A stretch of 39,912 nt of DNA from positions 1 to 39,912 of the forward strand of contig JAZSRJ010000055.1 of assembly GCA_045538425.1 (NCBI GenBank), in the 5' to 3' direction. This stretch comes from Clostridia bacterium (GTDB taxonomy: Bacteria; Bacillota; Clostridia; Christensenellales; UBA1242). The notes under the pieces are model-generated. The model made no database searches. It was not told the DNA's origin and saw nothing but the letters and a program-made list of their open reading frames with translations. This document shows positions 23,605-33,243 of the stretch, piece after piece (within the stretch, counting starts at the first letter, position 1; each line of letters opens with the position of its first letter). The translations under genes were made by a program, and so were the position numbers.

Positions 23605-26248
23605 TTTTTCTTCTCCTTGTATATTCGTAATATATCACATATCCCACTACGCCTACAACTCCCACCACAGATAGGACGACACCTACCTTGTATCCAGGTG
23701 TAGAGTATTCCAAACGTATAGTATGAGTTCCACTCGTTATCTCAAGACCCATAAACCCAATATTGGCTTTCTTAATGGTTGTTTTGACGCCATCTACATA
23801 AGCTGTCCATCCATCACTATAAGGTAAGGATAAAAACAACATTCCACCATCACTGGTAATTGATCCTGTCAAATAATTGCTGTCTATCTCAACATCTGTC
23901 ATAGCATACTGGATAGCATCAATATCTTGTTGGTATCCATCCAAATCATATTGATAGATAGCAATATCTTCGTAAGTATATTCACCTTTTGGCAATTGAA
24001 TAGTCACTGTCATATCTTCATCTGTACAACCTAAGTTGTAGATATAATCTTGTACGCCACTATACATTTGGTGACCTTTTTTATAGATTGATTGCGTATA
24101 AGATGCTTGATCATTGTATATTGTGAAAGTGACCGCATCTTCAGTTTTGATCAACCCTTCCAAACCTGATGGATTGAAATGATAGTTGAGATCTTTTATG
24201 ACCAATACCAATTCTCCTGTTGTCGCAGGAACGGTCAATTTTATTTTGCTATTATCTTGAGCCTTTATATAGTTGCCTGCAATAGACACATTATACAAAG
24301 AATATTGATACACCAATCTTTTCATTCTGCGTTGATAAACAAAATTGTTGGTAGTATCCGTGACACATGCTTGAAGCATGGCACTTGCTCTTTCTTCTAA
24401 AGGCAAACTATAATAATAATCTTCACTCATTGTCGCATTGTAGACAAAACCAAAAGGTAATGCATGATCATTTTGATAGAGTGTATCTTCTACTTGTGTA
24501 TATCCATATGGCACAAGCGTATCAGTGATCATATATTTTGTAGACCAAATAGCATTGGGAGCAAGCATTCCTTGTAGAGTCCCCATACCAAGTGTATGTC
24601 TTGGTCCATCCATCCCCAAACTTTTTAAGTATTGATATATTGAACCATTACTCATTGTATTGTAATAAGCTGTATCACTAAATCCATTGTATAAGCCATA
24701 ATTAGAACGTTGATAAGATAATCCCGCAGAACAACTATCTACAAGATTTTCTACTCTTTCGGTTGTACTAGAAAGTTTGCTTGCTTTTTGCAAAGTTTGG
24801 CTGGTCAAACATTCCTCAACCTTATTGGCTTGTTGGAATTGATTGCAATAATACCAGTTACAACCCATACCGCCCGCTATTGCAAATACAAGTACTGCAA
24901 TTTGGAGATTGCGTGCACTAAAGAATTTGGTAAACTTTTTCCCTACTCTACAACGTATGGTTGTAAGCAACCAAATGAGTGTTACAGCAATAGCTATCAA
25001 TGTAAGATAGACAAGTGCCTGGATTGCATTGTGTGTATTGTCGGCAAATACATTTGCAAAATTAACCAGCCCCATTACTGTTACAAAGATAATTGTAAAA
25101 ATAATAGCACCTTTGACAAGTTTTCCAACTTCTTTTTCTGTCCATGATTTTTTCTTCATAGACTCTACTGTGATAGCACTGGCAACCATACAGACAAAAA
25201 GTAATAGATACAACCATCTGCCAGACACGTACGCAAAGGCATTCATCACATAACTAAAGACTGGAATACAAAGTCCTACAATGAGAATGAGTAATACAAA
25301 ACGATAGGTTTTGTTTTTTCCAAACATCAAAAAATAAATGATTAGCAATAAGACTACAATACCAATTCCTGTTACAAAAAAACTCTCTCCCCAAAATGGC
25401 AATATAATACCTAGTAGCATTTGGAAATAGTTGTCGATCAGTGGCATCATAATCCCTTTGGATACCCCTCTTGCTCCATGCGTATATCCATAGACCAGTG
25501 GTAATATTGCTACAGCGCATAACAAAACAGTCAAGATATAGACAAGTATCACTTTACCTGCTTTTATAAAAAGATCTTTGGTAAAAAATTTTTCTTTCTT
25601 ATGTCTATCAATGTAATAACAGATAGCGTAGATTGCGGTAAAGATAGCACACATAAAGAACATATAAAAATTGGAACAAAGCAATAATACATTGCTAACA
25701 AAAAACAAATATGGTCTTTTCCCATCCATCACTTTTTCAAGACCCATAACAAGCAATGGAAGATACATCATACCACCAGCAAGAATTGGATGTCTTGGAA
25801 GCATTGCTACCCCGTACCCAGACAACATATAAGCAATTCCAAAAATGGTGCTTGTTGTTGGACTACATCCTTTGTATCTAAGGTATAGATACATAGTAGC
25901 ACAACAAGTCATCATCTTTAAGATAACCATCAGTACATAGGTAAAAACAGACCAACTTGATGGCAGAATATAAAATAAAAGAGTGAATGGATCAAATAAT
26001 CCATAATAAATATAATTCACAAGACTATCTGTGCCGAGCGCTCCAACTAAATCAATACCACCAAGATTGAATAGCAATTTTTCTTTTCCCATATAGACCA
26101 TAAAGTTGTAGTGTTGTACTACACCATCTGGTCTCCATAGAAAAGATTTGTTATTGAGAATGAATGGCAAATAACATAGAATAAAAGAAACGACAACGAG
26201 AGCAATTAACAGATAGGGAACATGTTTTTTATTAATTTTGTTCACCAT
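23564..26248 (-). CDS. YfhO-family (GT-C fold) membrane glycosyltransferase
   Basis: 894 aa with many N-terminal TM segments. The C-terminal extracytoplasmic domain ends in LSLPYSDGWTAYVDGVKTTIKKANIGFMGLEITSGTHTIRLEYSTPGYKVG plus a final TM, which is typical of YfhO proteins. Confidence 0.85.
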   Translation of the reverse strand: MVNKINKKHVPYLLIALVVVSFILCYLPFILNNKSFLWRPDGVVQHYNFMVYMGKEKLLFNLGGIDLVGALGTDSLVNYIYYGLFDPFTLLFYILPSSWSVFTYVLMVILKMMTCCATMYLYLRYKGCSPTTSTIFGIAYMLSGYGVAMLPRHPILAGGMMYLPLLVMGLEKVMDGKRPYLFFVSNVLLLCSNFYMFFMCAIFTAIYAICYYIDRHKKEKFFTKDLFIKAGKVILVYILTVLLCAVAILPLVYGYTHGARGVSKGIMMPLIDNYFQMLLGIILPFWGESFFVTGIGIVVLLLIIYFLMFGKNKTYRFVLLILIVGLCIPVFSYVMNAFAYVSGRWLYLLLFVCMVASAITVESMKKKSWTEKEVGKLVKGAIIFTIIFVTVMGLVNFANVFADNTHNAIQALVYLTLIAIAVTLIWLLTTIRCRVGKKFTKFFSARNLQIAVLVFAIAGGMGCNWYYCNQFQQANKVEECLTSQTLQKASKLSSTTERVENLVDSCSAGLSYQRSNYGLYNGFSDTAYYNTMSNGSIYQYLKSLGMDGPRHTLGMGTLQGMLAPNAIWSTKYMITDTLVPYGYTQVEDTLYQNDHALPFGFVYNATMSEDYYYSLPLEERASAMLQACVTDTTNNFVYQRRMKRLVYQYSLYNVSIAGNYIKAQDNSKIKLTVPATTGELVLVIKDLNYHFNPSGLEGLIKTEDAVTFTIYNDQASYTQSIYKKGHQMYSGVQDYIYNLGCTDEDMTVTIQLPKGEYTYEDIAIYQYDLDGYQQDIDAIQYAMTDVEIDSNYLTGSITSDGGMLFLSLPYSDGWTAYVDGVKTTIKKANIGFMGLEITSGTHTIRLEYSTPGYKVGVVLSVVGVVGVVGYVIYYEYTRRRKNEKDRTTTSDTQA

Positions 26249-26273
26249 TTTTCTCCTTATCTAAAAACACAAG

Positions 26274-26313
26274 TAGACCTAATCCCTGATTGTTGTGATA
26301 GGTATTAGGTCTA
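26274..26313 (-). terminator. 10-bp perfect inverted repeat between the GT2 and yfhO-like genes (attenuator or partial terminator)
   Basis: TAGACCTAAT (26274-26283) pairs with ATTAGGTCTA (26304-26313) around a 20-nt loop. On the minus strand it is followed by CTTGTGTTTTT. Confidence 0.35.
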
Positions 26314-26320
26314 ATTATGA

Positions 26321-27256
26321 TTATTCTTCAATATTTTTTGTTTCTCTAACTAAATAGACTGGACGAGATTTTACTTCTTTATAGATTTGGGTTAAGTAAA
26401 TATTGGTGCATCCTTGAAGCACTAATACTATACTTGCTACCATTGTGATGGTTGGGAACAACCATGCTGTAAGTGGCAACACAATTTTGCAACATGCAAG
26501 AACAATGAATGTTACAAAAGTTAGGAATGACAACACACCACCAGCAATACCAAATTTCATTGCAAGTGTGAGTGGATAAGTACTATCCGAAATAATACCA
26601 TTCATAGCAAGTTTTATAAGACCTTTCCAACTCCATTTTGTCTCACCTGCTACTCTTTCTTGTCTTTCAAATTCAACAAATGTTTGGCGATATCCCATCC
26701 ATGCGGTCAATCCACGTAGATACAAGTTTTTCTCTGGCATAGACAAAATAGCGTCAACTACTTTACGGTCAAACAACTTGAATTCTCCTACACCTTTAGG
26801 AACATCAAGTCCGGTGATCTTTTTCAAGAACTTAAGATATAGACTAGAAGTGATCTTCTTTAGAAAAGATTCTCCTTTTCTTTTGAGTCTTCTTCCATGA
26901 ACAATGTCATATCCTTCTTTCCATTTTTCAATCATTGCAGGTACTGCTTCTACTGGATCTTGTAAGTCACAGTCCATCATAATCACAGCGTCGCCTTTAG
27001 CATAATGAAGTCCTGCATTGATAGCAGCTTGTTGCTTAAAGTTGCGACTAAAATGAATAACTTTAACACGCTTGTCTTGTTCTGCAAGTTTGTTAAGACA
27101 TTCTTCTGTATTGTCTCTACTGCCATCGTTGACATAAATAATTTCGAATGGTTCACCCAAACTTTCCATAACAGGCGTTACTGCCTTATAGAACATTTCT
27201 GTGACTTCCCCTTCGTTGTATGCTGGTACTAAAATTGTGTATTTTACTCTTGCCAT
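26321..27256 (-). CDS. GT2-family polyprenyl-phosphate glycosyltransferase (CsbB/GtrB-like)
   Basis: 311 aa. ILVPAYNE, YVNDGSRDNT and MDCDLQDP are GT-A/GT2 motifs. Two C-terminal TM helices, as in GtrB/CsbB. Confidence 0.85.
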   Translation of the reverse strand: MARVKYTILVPAYNEGEVTEMFYKAVTPVMESLGEPFEIIYVNDGSRDNTEECLNKLAEQDKRVKVIHFSRNFKQQAAINAGLHYAKGDAVIMMDCDLQDPVEAVPAMIEKWKEGYDIVHGRRLKRKGESFLKKITSSLYLKFLKKITGLDVPKGVGEFKLFDRKVVDAILSMPEKNLYLRGLTAWMGYRQTFVEFERQERVAGETKWSWKGLIKLAMNGIISDSTYPLTLAMKFGIAGGVLSFLTFVTFIVLACCKIVLPLTAWLFPTITMVASIVLVLQGCTNIYLTQIYKEVKSRPVYLVRETKNIEE

Positions 27257-27260
27257 ATTG

Positions 27261-27821
27261 TTATTCCTCTACTTTTTCTTTTGTTGTATTTTGTATTGTT
27301 GTTTCATCTTCTTTTGTTTCTTTTTTCTTAAAGATGAATATTTTTCTACTAATATAATTATAGATTAGTACGACAATGGTCATGATAATCTTGGTGATCC
27401 ATTCGTTGATACCAAGTAGATCAAAGCCTACATACATACCACCCATATTGATGAGCAATCCTACAACACTAAGGATGACAAACAATGTCACACCTTTTAC
27501 ACTTTTACTATTGCCTTTGTCGCTAAAGACAAAGAATACAGAAAGTAAGTAATTGGCAATAAGACTAACACAAAATCCTACACCTGTACTTACAACTGCT
27601 GCTATACCACTTGGAGTTCCTCCACCATAAAACACATTGAAGAAATTAGGGTATAAGCTTGGATTGAATAGATATAATACAATCCCTGTCACAACAAAAT
27701 CTATTACAGTGGCAATTCCACCGGTTATGACAAATCGAATAATCTCTGCTAAGGTCTTATGTTGTTCGCACCATCTAGCACACCAACCTATTAGACCTTT
27801 TTTCTCTGTCCACGTACTCAT
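27261..27821 (-). CDS. GtrA-family membrane protein
   Basis: 186 aa with 4 TM segments. IRFVITGGIATVIDFVVTGIVLY is the GtrA-like signature. It lies 4 nt upstream of the GT2 gene. Confidence 0.8.
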   Translation of the reverse strand: MSTWTEKKGLIGWCARWCEQHKTLAEIIRFVITGGIATVIDFVVTGIVLYLFNPSLYPNFFNVFYGGGTPSGIAAVVSTGVGFCVSLIANYLLSVFFVFSDKGNSKSVKGVTLFVILSVVGLLINMGGMYVGFDLLGINEWITKIIMTIVVLIYNYISRKIFIFKKKETKEDETTIQNTTKEKVEE

Positions 27822-27841
27822 GATCTTTTTTCCCTTTTGTC

Positions 27842-28570
27842 TTATTCTACAACTGAATCGTTGTTGTCTTCTTTATGATTTTGATCAACGATATTTTCTA
27901 CATTGTCTACTTTGTTACTTTCTTTTTTTGATTTTACTTTTGCAATAAGATACTTAATCAATCCCCAACCAAGTACTGCTGCTAAGAATACACCAAACAC
28001 AATCAAGATGATCGTTGATGCATTGTCTGTTACAGAACTAAGCAGTGTAATCAAAAGACCTGCTACCACATTGCCCACCATAACACTGGCACAAGACACC
28101 CAAAAATTGAGTCCAATCATAACAGCAACAGCTGTACCTGTCCACACACCTGTAAGAGGAAGTGGCACTGCTACAAACACAAAGACACCAATAACTTTTA
28201 CCCAGAATGTTTTGCGTCGTTGGTTTTGATCTTCTTTGTCTATCAATTTTTTAGAATGTTTTGCAACTTTGTTTTCAATTGCAACTGCCATTTTACGGAA
28301 AATCTTAGTCTTTTTCAACCAATTGATGATTGGGACAAAACATAATGCTACGAATGGAACAACAAGACTAGATCCAAGCATTGCCCACAAAAAAGCAGAC
28401 CAATTGGATAAAGCGGATGCACCCCAAAGAGATTTTGACATAGCAAATGGTATTGCGCCACGTAACTCTACAATTGGGATCATTGATATCAATGTTGTTG
28501 CAAGAACAATATTATCCTTAAAAAAGTCTGCGAATATGTTTTGAATAGATAGTAATAACGAAATAGACAT
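27842..28570 (-). CDS. small multidrug export-like (COG2426 / Sm_multidrug_ex) membrane protein
   Basis: 242 aa. ISMIPIVELRGAIPFA is the family hallmark. A TAGGAG SD is present. Confidence 0.6.
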   Translation of the reverse strand: MSISLLLSIQNIFADFFKDNIVLATTLISMIPIVELRGAIPFAMSKSLWGASALSNWSAFLWAMLGSSLVVPFVALCFVPIINWLKKTKIFRKMAVAIENKVAKHSKKLIDKEDQNQRRKTFWVKVIGVFVFVAVPLPLTGVWTGTAVAVMIGLNFWVSCASVMVGNVVAGLLITLLSSVTDNASTIILIVFGVFLAAVLGWGLIKYLIAKVKSKKESNKVDNVENIVDQNHKEDNNDSVVE

Positions 28571-28628
28571 GATTGTCTCCTAGAATCTTCATTGGGGCGA
28601 AAAAAAAGTTGTCTCCCTTCATTACAAG

Positions 28629-28658
28629 TAGTATATCAAAAGATGTTATTCTTTTGCA
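28629..28658 (-). promoter_or_regulatory. candidate sigma-A promoter of the 28570-to-23564 operon
   Basis: The minus strand reads TTGCAA (28658-28653), an 18-nt spacer, then TATACT (28634-28629), with an extended TG. Confidence 0.4.
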
Positions 28659-28784
28659 AATCATTTTTATATTTTATTAGTATTTATTATATTTTTTTAT
28701 TATAATACAACAATATAATCCAAAATAGATGTTATATCATCTTTCATTGGTGAGTAAAAATCAAAAAACATTATTTTAATTTAG

Positions 28785-28813
28785 TTGTATTTCGTCATTT
28801 TTTATGTTACACT
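28785..28813 (+). promoter_or_regulatory. candidate sigma-A promoter of the cvpA-like gene
   Basis: TTGTAT (28785-28790), a 17-nt spacer, then TACACT (28808-28813), with TG at 28805-28806. Confidence 0.45.
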
Positions 28814-28854
28814 ATTAACAAGAAAAGGGGCAATATCCCAAAAGGAGTCATGAT

Positions 28855-29574
28855 ATGTGGTTAGATATCGCATTATTAGTATTGATTGTTATTTTAGCAA
28901 TCGTTGGGCTATGTAAAGGATTTTTTGATAGTATTCTATCCTTATTTAGTAGCATCTTAAGTATTTTTGTTGCTTACTATTTGGCAAAATACGTTGCAAC
29001 ATTCCTCAACGCAACCTTTAAGTTGAGTAGTTATTTTGAAAAATTACTCACAAAATGGGGTATTGGCGAATCCGGATTGGTGGGTATATCTCGCGAAAAG
29101 ATGGGTAGTGTTATTACTTTTGTATTGAGTATTATTGCTGTATGGATTTTGTTAAAACTTGTTATTTGGTTGCTTGCAAAACTATTCAGTTCTGTCACCA
29201 ACAATAGCAGTGCTATGAGTGGTCTTAACCGTCTACTTGGATTCTTATTTGGTACAGCACAAGCCGTATTGATCATTGTTGTTGGATTTGGATTGCTTGC
29301 TATTGTAAGCACATTCTTAGGAGACAGCACCCAAACAAAAATCAACAATTTCTTAAAAAACAACCCTGTTAGTTACAAAGTATACACTTATGTAGCCGAA
29401 TGGACAGGAGAAAACTTAAAAGACCAAATTGATAAAGCATTAGACAAAATTGCTGGTGAAGCAAGTGCTACTGAAGCGGGAGATGCTGAAGGTAGCGAAT
29501 TGACAACCTCTCCAGTCATTACCATCACAAGCGAAAGCGATGTTGTTGGTGTACAAAATATCATTGTAGAATAA
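28855..29574 (+). CDS. CvpA-family (colicin V production-like) membrane protein
   Basis: 239 aa. MWLDIALLVLIVILAIVGLCKGFFDSILSLFSSILSIFVAYYLAKY is the typical CvpA N-terminus. 4 TM segments plus an acidic tail. AGGAG SD present. Confidence 0.7.
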   Translation: MWLDIALLVLIVILAIVGLCKGFFDSILSLFSSILSIFVAYYLAKYVATFLNATFKLSSYFEKLLTKWGIGESGLVGISREKMGSVITFVLSIIAVWILLKLVIWLLAKLFSSVTNNSSAMSGLNRLLGFLFGTAQAVLIIVVGFGLLAIVSTFLGDSTQTKINNFLKNNPVSYKVYTYVAEWTGENLKDQIDKALDKIAGEASATEAGDAEGSELTTSPVITITSESDVVGVQNIIVE

Positions 29575-29608
29575 AAAACAAAAAGACCTAGATTTAGGTC
29601 TTTTTTTT
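29575..29608. terminator. bidirectional intrinsic terminator (cvpA-like and degV convergent)
   Basis: AGACCTA (29584-29590) pairs with TAGGTCT (29595-29601), flanked by A and T runs. Confidence 0.65.
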
Positions 29609-29650
29609 GATTGTTTTTCCAAAATAAAATGTGAAATAATAAAGTGATGG

Positions 29651-30487
29651 TTATTCATTTAAGAAAAGGATACCAAGAGTATTTTCTCCACAATGGCTTG
29701 CAATGGTTGCACCAGCCTTTGTCTCATAGATATTAGCAAACCCTTTATCACTGAGTGCTTGTTTTGCATTGGCAACCATTTCCTCACTCGCAGTCGTATA
29801 AGTCACAAATGCTACACTTTTATCTGGGTTTGGGAATTCTTTCAAGACATCACTACAATAAGTAGAGATCACCTTTTCCATTTTGCCCACATACTTTTTG
29901 TGTACACCAAGTGATCCATCTTTGACCATAATTTGTGGACGGATAGAAAGTAAGTTGGCTCCAAGATATGCAAGAGCGCTACATCTTCCACCTTTACGCA
30001 AATAATCTAATTTTTTCACAACAAAACTTGCTTGCACTTTTGATACAAGATCACTTACTTTTTGATAAATGTCCGGTAAGGTCATATTTTGTTGTGCCAT
30101 TTCTCTTGCTTTCATCGCAAGGAGTGCAATCCCCGTAGACAAACTTTTGGAGTCTACCACCATAACATTGTTGTATTCTTGTGCAGCCGTCATTGCATTG
30201 TTGCACATACTAGAGATCTTACTAGAAATAGAGATATGAATAATACCATCATATTCTTTTAATATCTCATCAAAAAATTCTTTGTATTGATAACTATTGA
30301 CTGCAGATGTCTTAGGTAACGCTTTGTTTTTCTCTGCATATTCAAAAATCTCTTGTGTGGATATTACTCCATCAAGATGTTCTTCTTCTCCCAAAATCAC
30401 GGTACAAGCAATGGTCTTTATATCATATTTTTGTAATAATTCTGGAGTAAGATCGACTGTTGTTTCGGCAGTTACAGCTATTTTCAT
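29651..30487 (-). CDS. DegV-family fatty-acid-binding protein
   Basis: 278 aa. MKIAVTAETTVDL..., VVDSKSLSTGIALL and YLRKGGR match the DegV fold pattern. Confidence 0.85.
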   Translation of the reverse strand: MKIAVTAETTVDLTPELLQKYDIKTIACTVILGEEEHLDGVISTQEIFEYAEKNKALPKTSAVNSYQYKEFFDEILKEYDGIIHISISSKISSMCNNAMTAAQEYNNVMVVDSKSLSTGIALLAMKAREMAQQNMTLPDIYQKVSDLVSKVQASFVVKKLDYLRKGGRCSALAYLGANLLSIRPQIMVKDGSLGVHKKYVGKMEKVISTYCSDVLKEFPNPDKSVAFVTYTTASEEMVANAKQALSDKGFANIYETKAGATIASHCGENTLGILFLNE

Positions 30488-30579
30488 ATTTTCTCCTTCT
30501 TCTTTTTCTAATACCTTCTAAGATGATCCTCTACACATTTAGCAAAGAATAAGTTGTCATCATATGGATAGAATTTTGT

Positions 30580-31875
30580 TTATTTAGATTTTTTTATCGT
30601 ACGATAGATAGCGTATTCTCCAAGCATTTCTTCAATACGGAGGAGTTGATTGTATTTTTCTACCCTATCTGTACGACATGGCGCACCAGTCTTTATCCAA
30701 CCACTAGCCGTTGCCACTGCAATATCTGCAATAGTACTATCTGCTGTCTCACCACTTCTATGGCTCACAACACAATTAAGACCTTCTTCTTTTGCTAGAT
30801 CCATCGTAAGCATAGTTTCATACAATGTCCCTACTTGATTTGGTTTGATAAGAATTGCATTACTTGCTTTTAGATCAATTCCTTTAGACAATCTTTCTGG
30901 ATTGGTTACATAAAGGTCATCGCCGACAATCATGATTTTTTGACCATATTGTTTCGTAAAAGCAGTCCATGTCTCCCAATCTTCTTCCGCAAATGGATCT
31001 TCAATAGAGATAATAGGATATTTTTTAATCCAACTTCCATACAAATCACTTAATTGTTGTGGTGTATAGACAGTACCATTTTTCCAGAAACAATAGTTGC
31101 CTGCTTTCTTGATTTTGCTTGCTTCTTCATACATTTCGTTGGCTGCAACATCAAGAGCAATTGCCATATCTTTACCAGGTTTTAATCCACTTTTTTCAAT
31201 GGCTTTCACTAAATAACTAAGAGCATCTTCGTCACTATCTAATTGTGGAGCAAAACCACCTTCATCACCAACACCTGTACTTTTACCATCTGCCTTTAAG
31301 ATAGATTTCAATGTTTGGTATACTTTTGCACCCCATTCTAATGCTTGAGACCAAGAACTTGCTCCAATTGGTGCTACCATAAACTCTTGTACATTTAGAC
31401 TACTATCTGCATGCTTTCCACCATTCATAATATTCATCATTGGAATTGGCATACAGAATTCTTCACTTTGTAGATATACAAATAAAGGCACACCTAGTCT
31501 TGATGCTACTGCTTTTGCAAAAGCAATACTAACACCTAAGATCGCATTAGCCCCAAACTTAGATTTGTTGTCTGTACCATCCAGTTCGAGTAAAAATTGA
31601 TCTAATTCATAATAATCTGCAAATTTTTTACCTTTGACAGCATCTGCTATGGTTTTGACATTATCTACCGCTTTTTTGACGGATTTTCCATTGTAATAGT
31701 TTTTATCACCATCTCTTAATTCGATTGCTTCGAATGATCCAGTGCTTGCTCCGGAAGGAATACCAACTCGACCAAAACCACCATTCTTTAGATAACAATC
31801 TACTTCAATGGTTGGATTGCCACGACTATCTAAGATTTGGCGAGCCACTAATTGTTCTATACTATACTTTTTCAT
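30580..31875 (-). CDS. eno: enolase (phosphopyruvate hydratase)
   Basis: The start is set at ATG 31875 (AGGAG SD; MKKYSIEQLVARQILDSRGNPTIEV). Also IVGDDLYVTNP, SHRSGETAD and LLRIEE. The upstream GTG at 31905 is unlikely. Confidence 0.95.
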   Translation of the reverse strand: MKKYSIEQLVARQILDSRGNPTIEVDCYLKNGGFGRVGIPSGASTGSFEAIELRDGDKNYYNGKSVKKAVDNVKTIADAVKGKKFADYYELDQFLLELDGTDNKSKFGANAILGVSIAFAKAVASRLGVPLFVYLQSEEFCMPIPMMNIMNGGKHADSSLNVQEFMVAPIGASSWSQALEWGAKVYQTLKSILKADGKSTGVGDEGGFAPQLDSDEDALSYLVKAIEKSGLKPGKDMAIALDVAANEMYEEASKIKKAGNYCFWKNGTVYTPQQLSDLYGSWIKKYPIISIEDPFAEEDWETWTAFTKQYGQKIMIVGDDLYVTNPERLSKGIDLKASNAILIKPNQVGTLYETMLTMDLAKEEGLNCVVSHRSGETADSTIADIAVATASGWIKTGAPCRTDRVEKYNQLLRIEEMLGEYAIYRTIKKSK

Positions 31876-31975
31876 ATACACTCCTTTTTTGTTTTTCTTA
31901 TCCACTCTTTCCTTTTTTTAGGACAACTTAATAGCGGATATTAGACTAGACAGATTGTCTTTTCCTTATAAGTAT

Positions 31976-32003
31976 AGTATATCAAAACTCTAGAAAAAAT
32001 CAA
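31976..32003 (-). promoter_or_regulatory. candidate sigma-A promoter of eno
   Basis: The minus strand reads TTGATT (32003-31998), a 16-nt spacer, then TATACT (31981-31976), with an extended TG. Confidence 0.4.
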
Positions 32004-32139
32004 AAAACTATTGGATGTTTTTCCACATTTCTTGTCTTTTTTGTTGTTACCATTTTTTATCCAAACAACAAACTGTTGTATATGGATAATTAAAACATAG
32101 AACAATGGTATATCTTTTTTTATGGATTGTAATTGCAAC

Positions 32140-32198
32140 AAAAAAATAGCACCTGTACTATTCGTAGTACCTGTACTATTCGTAGTACCTGTGCTATT
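32140..32198 (-). terminator. complex intrinsic terminator built from three 18-bp tandem repeats
   Basis: The minus strand reads AATAGCACAGGTACTACG AATAGTACAGGTACTACG AATAGTACAGGTGCTATT followed by T7. The outer arms AATAGCAC/GTGCTATT and GTACTA/TAGTAC pair, and each unit contains the palindrome AGTAC-AG-GTACT. Confidence 0.55.
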
Positions 32199-32208
32199 GA
32201 TATTTATG

Positions 32209-33153
32209 TTATCTACGGAACATTCCTCCGTCCCAACCTTCGTCAATTTCACCTTCTGCTACAGCATCATAGTATTCATCTTCCGTCATTGGTCTATCAT
32301 CATCGTCATCATCACGATAATCATAGTCATCACCATCATCCAATCTTTCGTAGTAGCCATTGAAATATGGATCAGTTACCCAATCACTTTCTTTATTGTA
32401 TACCACTTTATCTACAACTTCGCTCATTCCATCACTCATATCAGCTATATAACTATTGATTCCATCTGTTTCGTGATCCAAAATATCACTTGGACCATTA
32501 TACAATCTTTCATCTACCAACTCTACCAATGAATCATCGTCGGTACACTCGTATCCATATTCATCATTAAGATATTCAATACAACCAGGTTTTACTTTTT
32601 TCAAAATTGCCATACAGATAGGACTATCATCTACAGGTAATCCGTTGTATCCAATTTCGTAATGTTGATTTTGGTAACTGATAAAATATTGTTTTGTTGT
32701 TTTTCCGTTCTTATTCGTTGTCTTTGCAGTCATTACAACATCTTCTTTACCAATTGTCCCAAGAAAATATTTTGATGTTATAGTATATTCTTCTTTTCCG
32801 TTGTTGTTGATATAACTTTCTTGGTAAATCCTTCTAGAAAGAAGTTCTGTTTCGTAATCACTATCATCAATAATATGCTCGTAACACTTATTGTTTCTAT
32901 TGTAATGAATTTCGCAACTATATCCGCAATGAATATCTACTTCTACTTCTTTACCATCATCTTGTAGATGTAATCTATCTGAATATTCATCATGAACATC
33001 CATTCGAAGTATATCCTCTCTATCTTTTAATAATGCACAAAATCTAAAATCCGTTTTTAATTTTTCTCTTGTTGTCAAATGTTTGCGCAAAAGTTTTGCA
33101 TCACTCAAATAATTTTCTACATTGAATAATGGTTGTGGTTGGTATTTTTCCAT
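32209..33153 (-). CDS. hypothetical highly acidic protein (paralog A) with a poly-Asp/Tyr tail
   Basis: 314 aa with a GGGAGGAA SD, its own promoter and its own terminator. The C-terminal tail is YYERLDDGDDYDYRDDDDDDRPMTEDEYYDAVAEGEIDEGWDGG. No TM segment or signal peptide. Confidence 0.7.
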   Translation of the reverse strand: MEKYQPQPLFNVENYLSDAKLLRKHLTTREKLKTDFRFCALLKDREDILRMDVHDEYSDRLHLQDDGKEVEVDIHCGYSCEIHYNRNNKCYEHIIDDSDYETELLSRRIYQESYINNNGKEEYTITSKYFLGTIGKEDVVMTAKTTNKNGKTTKQYFISYQNQHYEIGYNGLPVDDSPICMAILKKVKPGCIEYLNDEYGYECTDDDSLVELVDERLYNGPSDILDHETDGINSYIADMSDGMSEVVDKVVYNKESDWVTDPYFNGYYERLDDGDDYDYRDDDDDDRPMTEDEYYDAVAEGEIDEGWDGGMFRR

Positions 33154-33178
33154 ATAATTCCTCCCTATTTCTTATTTT

Positions 33179-33207
33179 ATTGTATCACACCTATTTTTTC
33201 TTGTCAA
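33179..33207 (-). promoter_or_regulatory. consensus sigma-A promoter of acidic paralog A
   Basis: The minus strand reads TTGACA (33207-33202), a 17-nt spacer, then TACAAT (33184-33179), with an extended TG (TGaTACAAT). Confidence 0.6.
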
Positions 33208-33212
33208 TAGAC

Positions 33213-33238
33213 AAAAAAAGAGGAGACAATTCTCCCCC
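33213..33238 (-). terminator. intrinsic terminator of acidic paralog B
   Basis: The minus strand reads GGGGAGA-ATTG-TCTCCTC (7 bp including one G-U), followed by T7. Confidence 0.55.
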
Positions 33239-33243
33239 ATATA

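Noticed and set aside
26274-29601. Shared CCTAAT/ATTAGG and ACCTA/TAGGT cores among the hairpins at 10329-10350, 26274-26313 and 29584-29601
   Set aside because: Only 5-6 nt are shared, and the genome is AT-rich. That is too short to argue for a repeat family without a genome-wide count.
31898-31906. DnaA-box-like 9-mers (TTATCCACT at 31898-31906; TGTGGATAG near 2593)
   Set aside because: These are isolated single sites, each with one mismatch, and there is no cluster or AT-rich unwinding element. This is not evidence for oriC within the window.
31941-32532. ORFs 31941-32252 (minus, containing NSTGTTNSTGTTNSTG) and 32122-32532 / 32133-32363 (plus, His/Ile-rich)
   Set aside because: The NSTGTT repeat is just the translation of the 18-bp tandem-repeat terminator. 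The plus-strand ORFs are the antisense of the poly-Asp (GAT-rich) tail of acidic paralog A. None has start signals.
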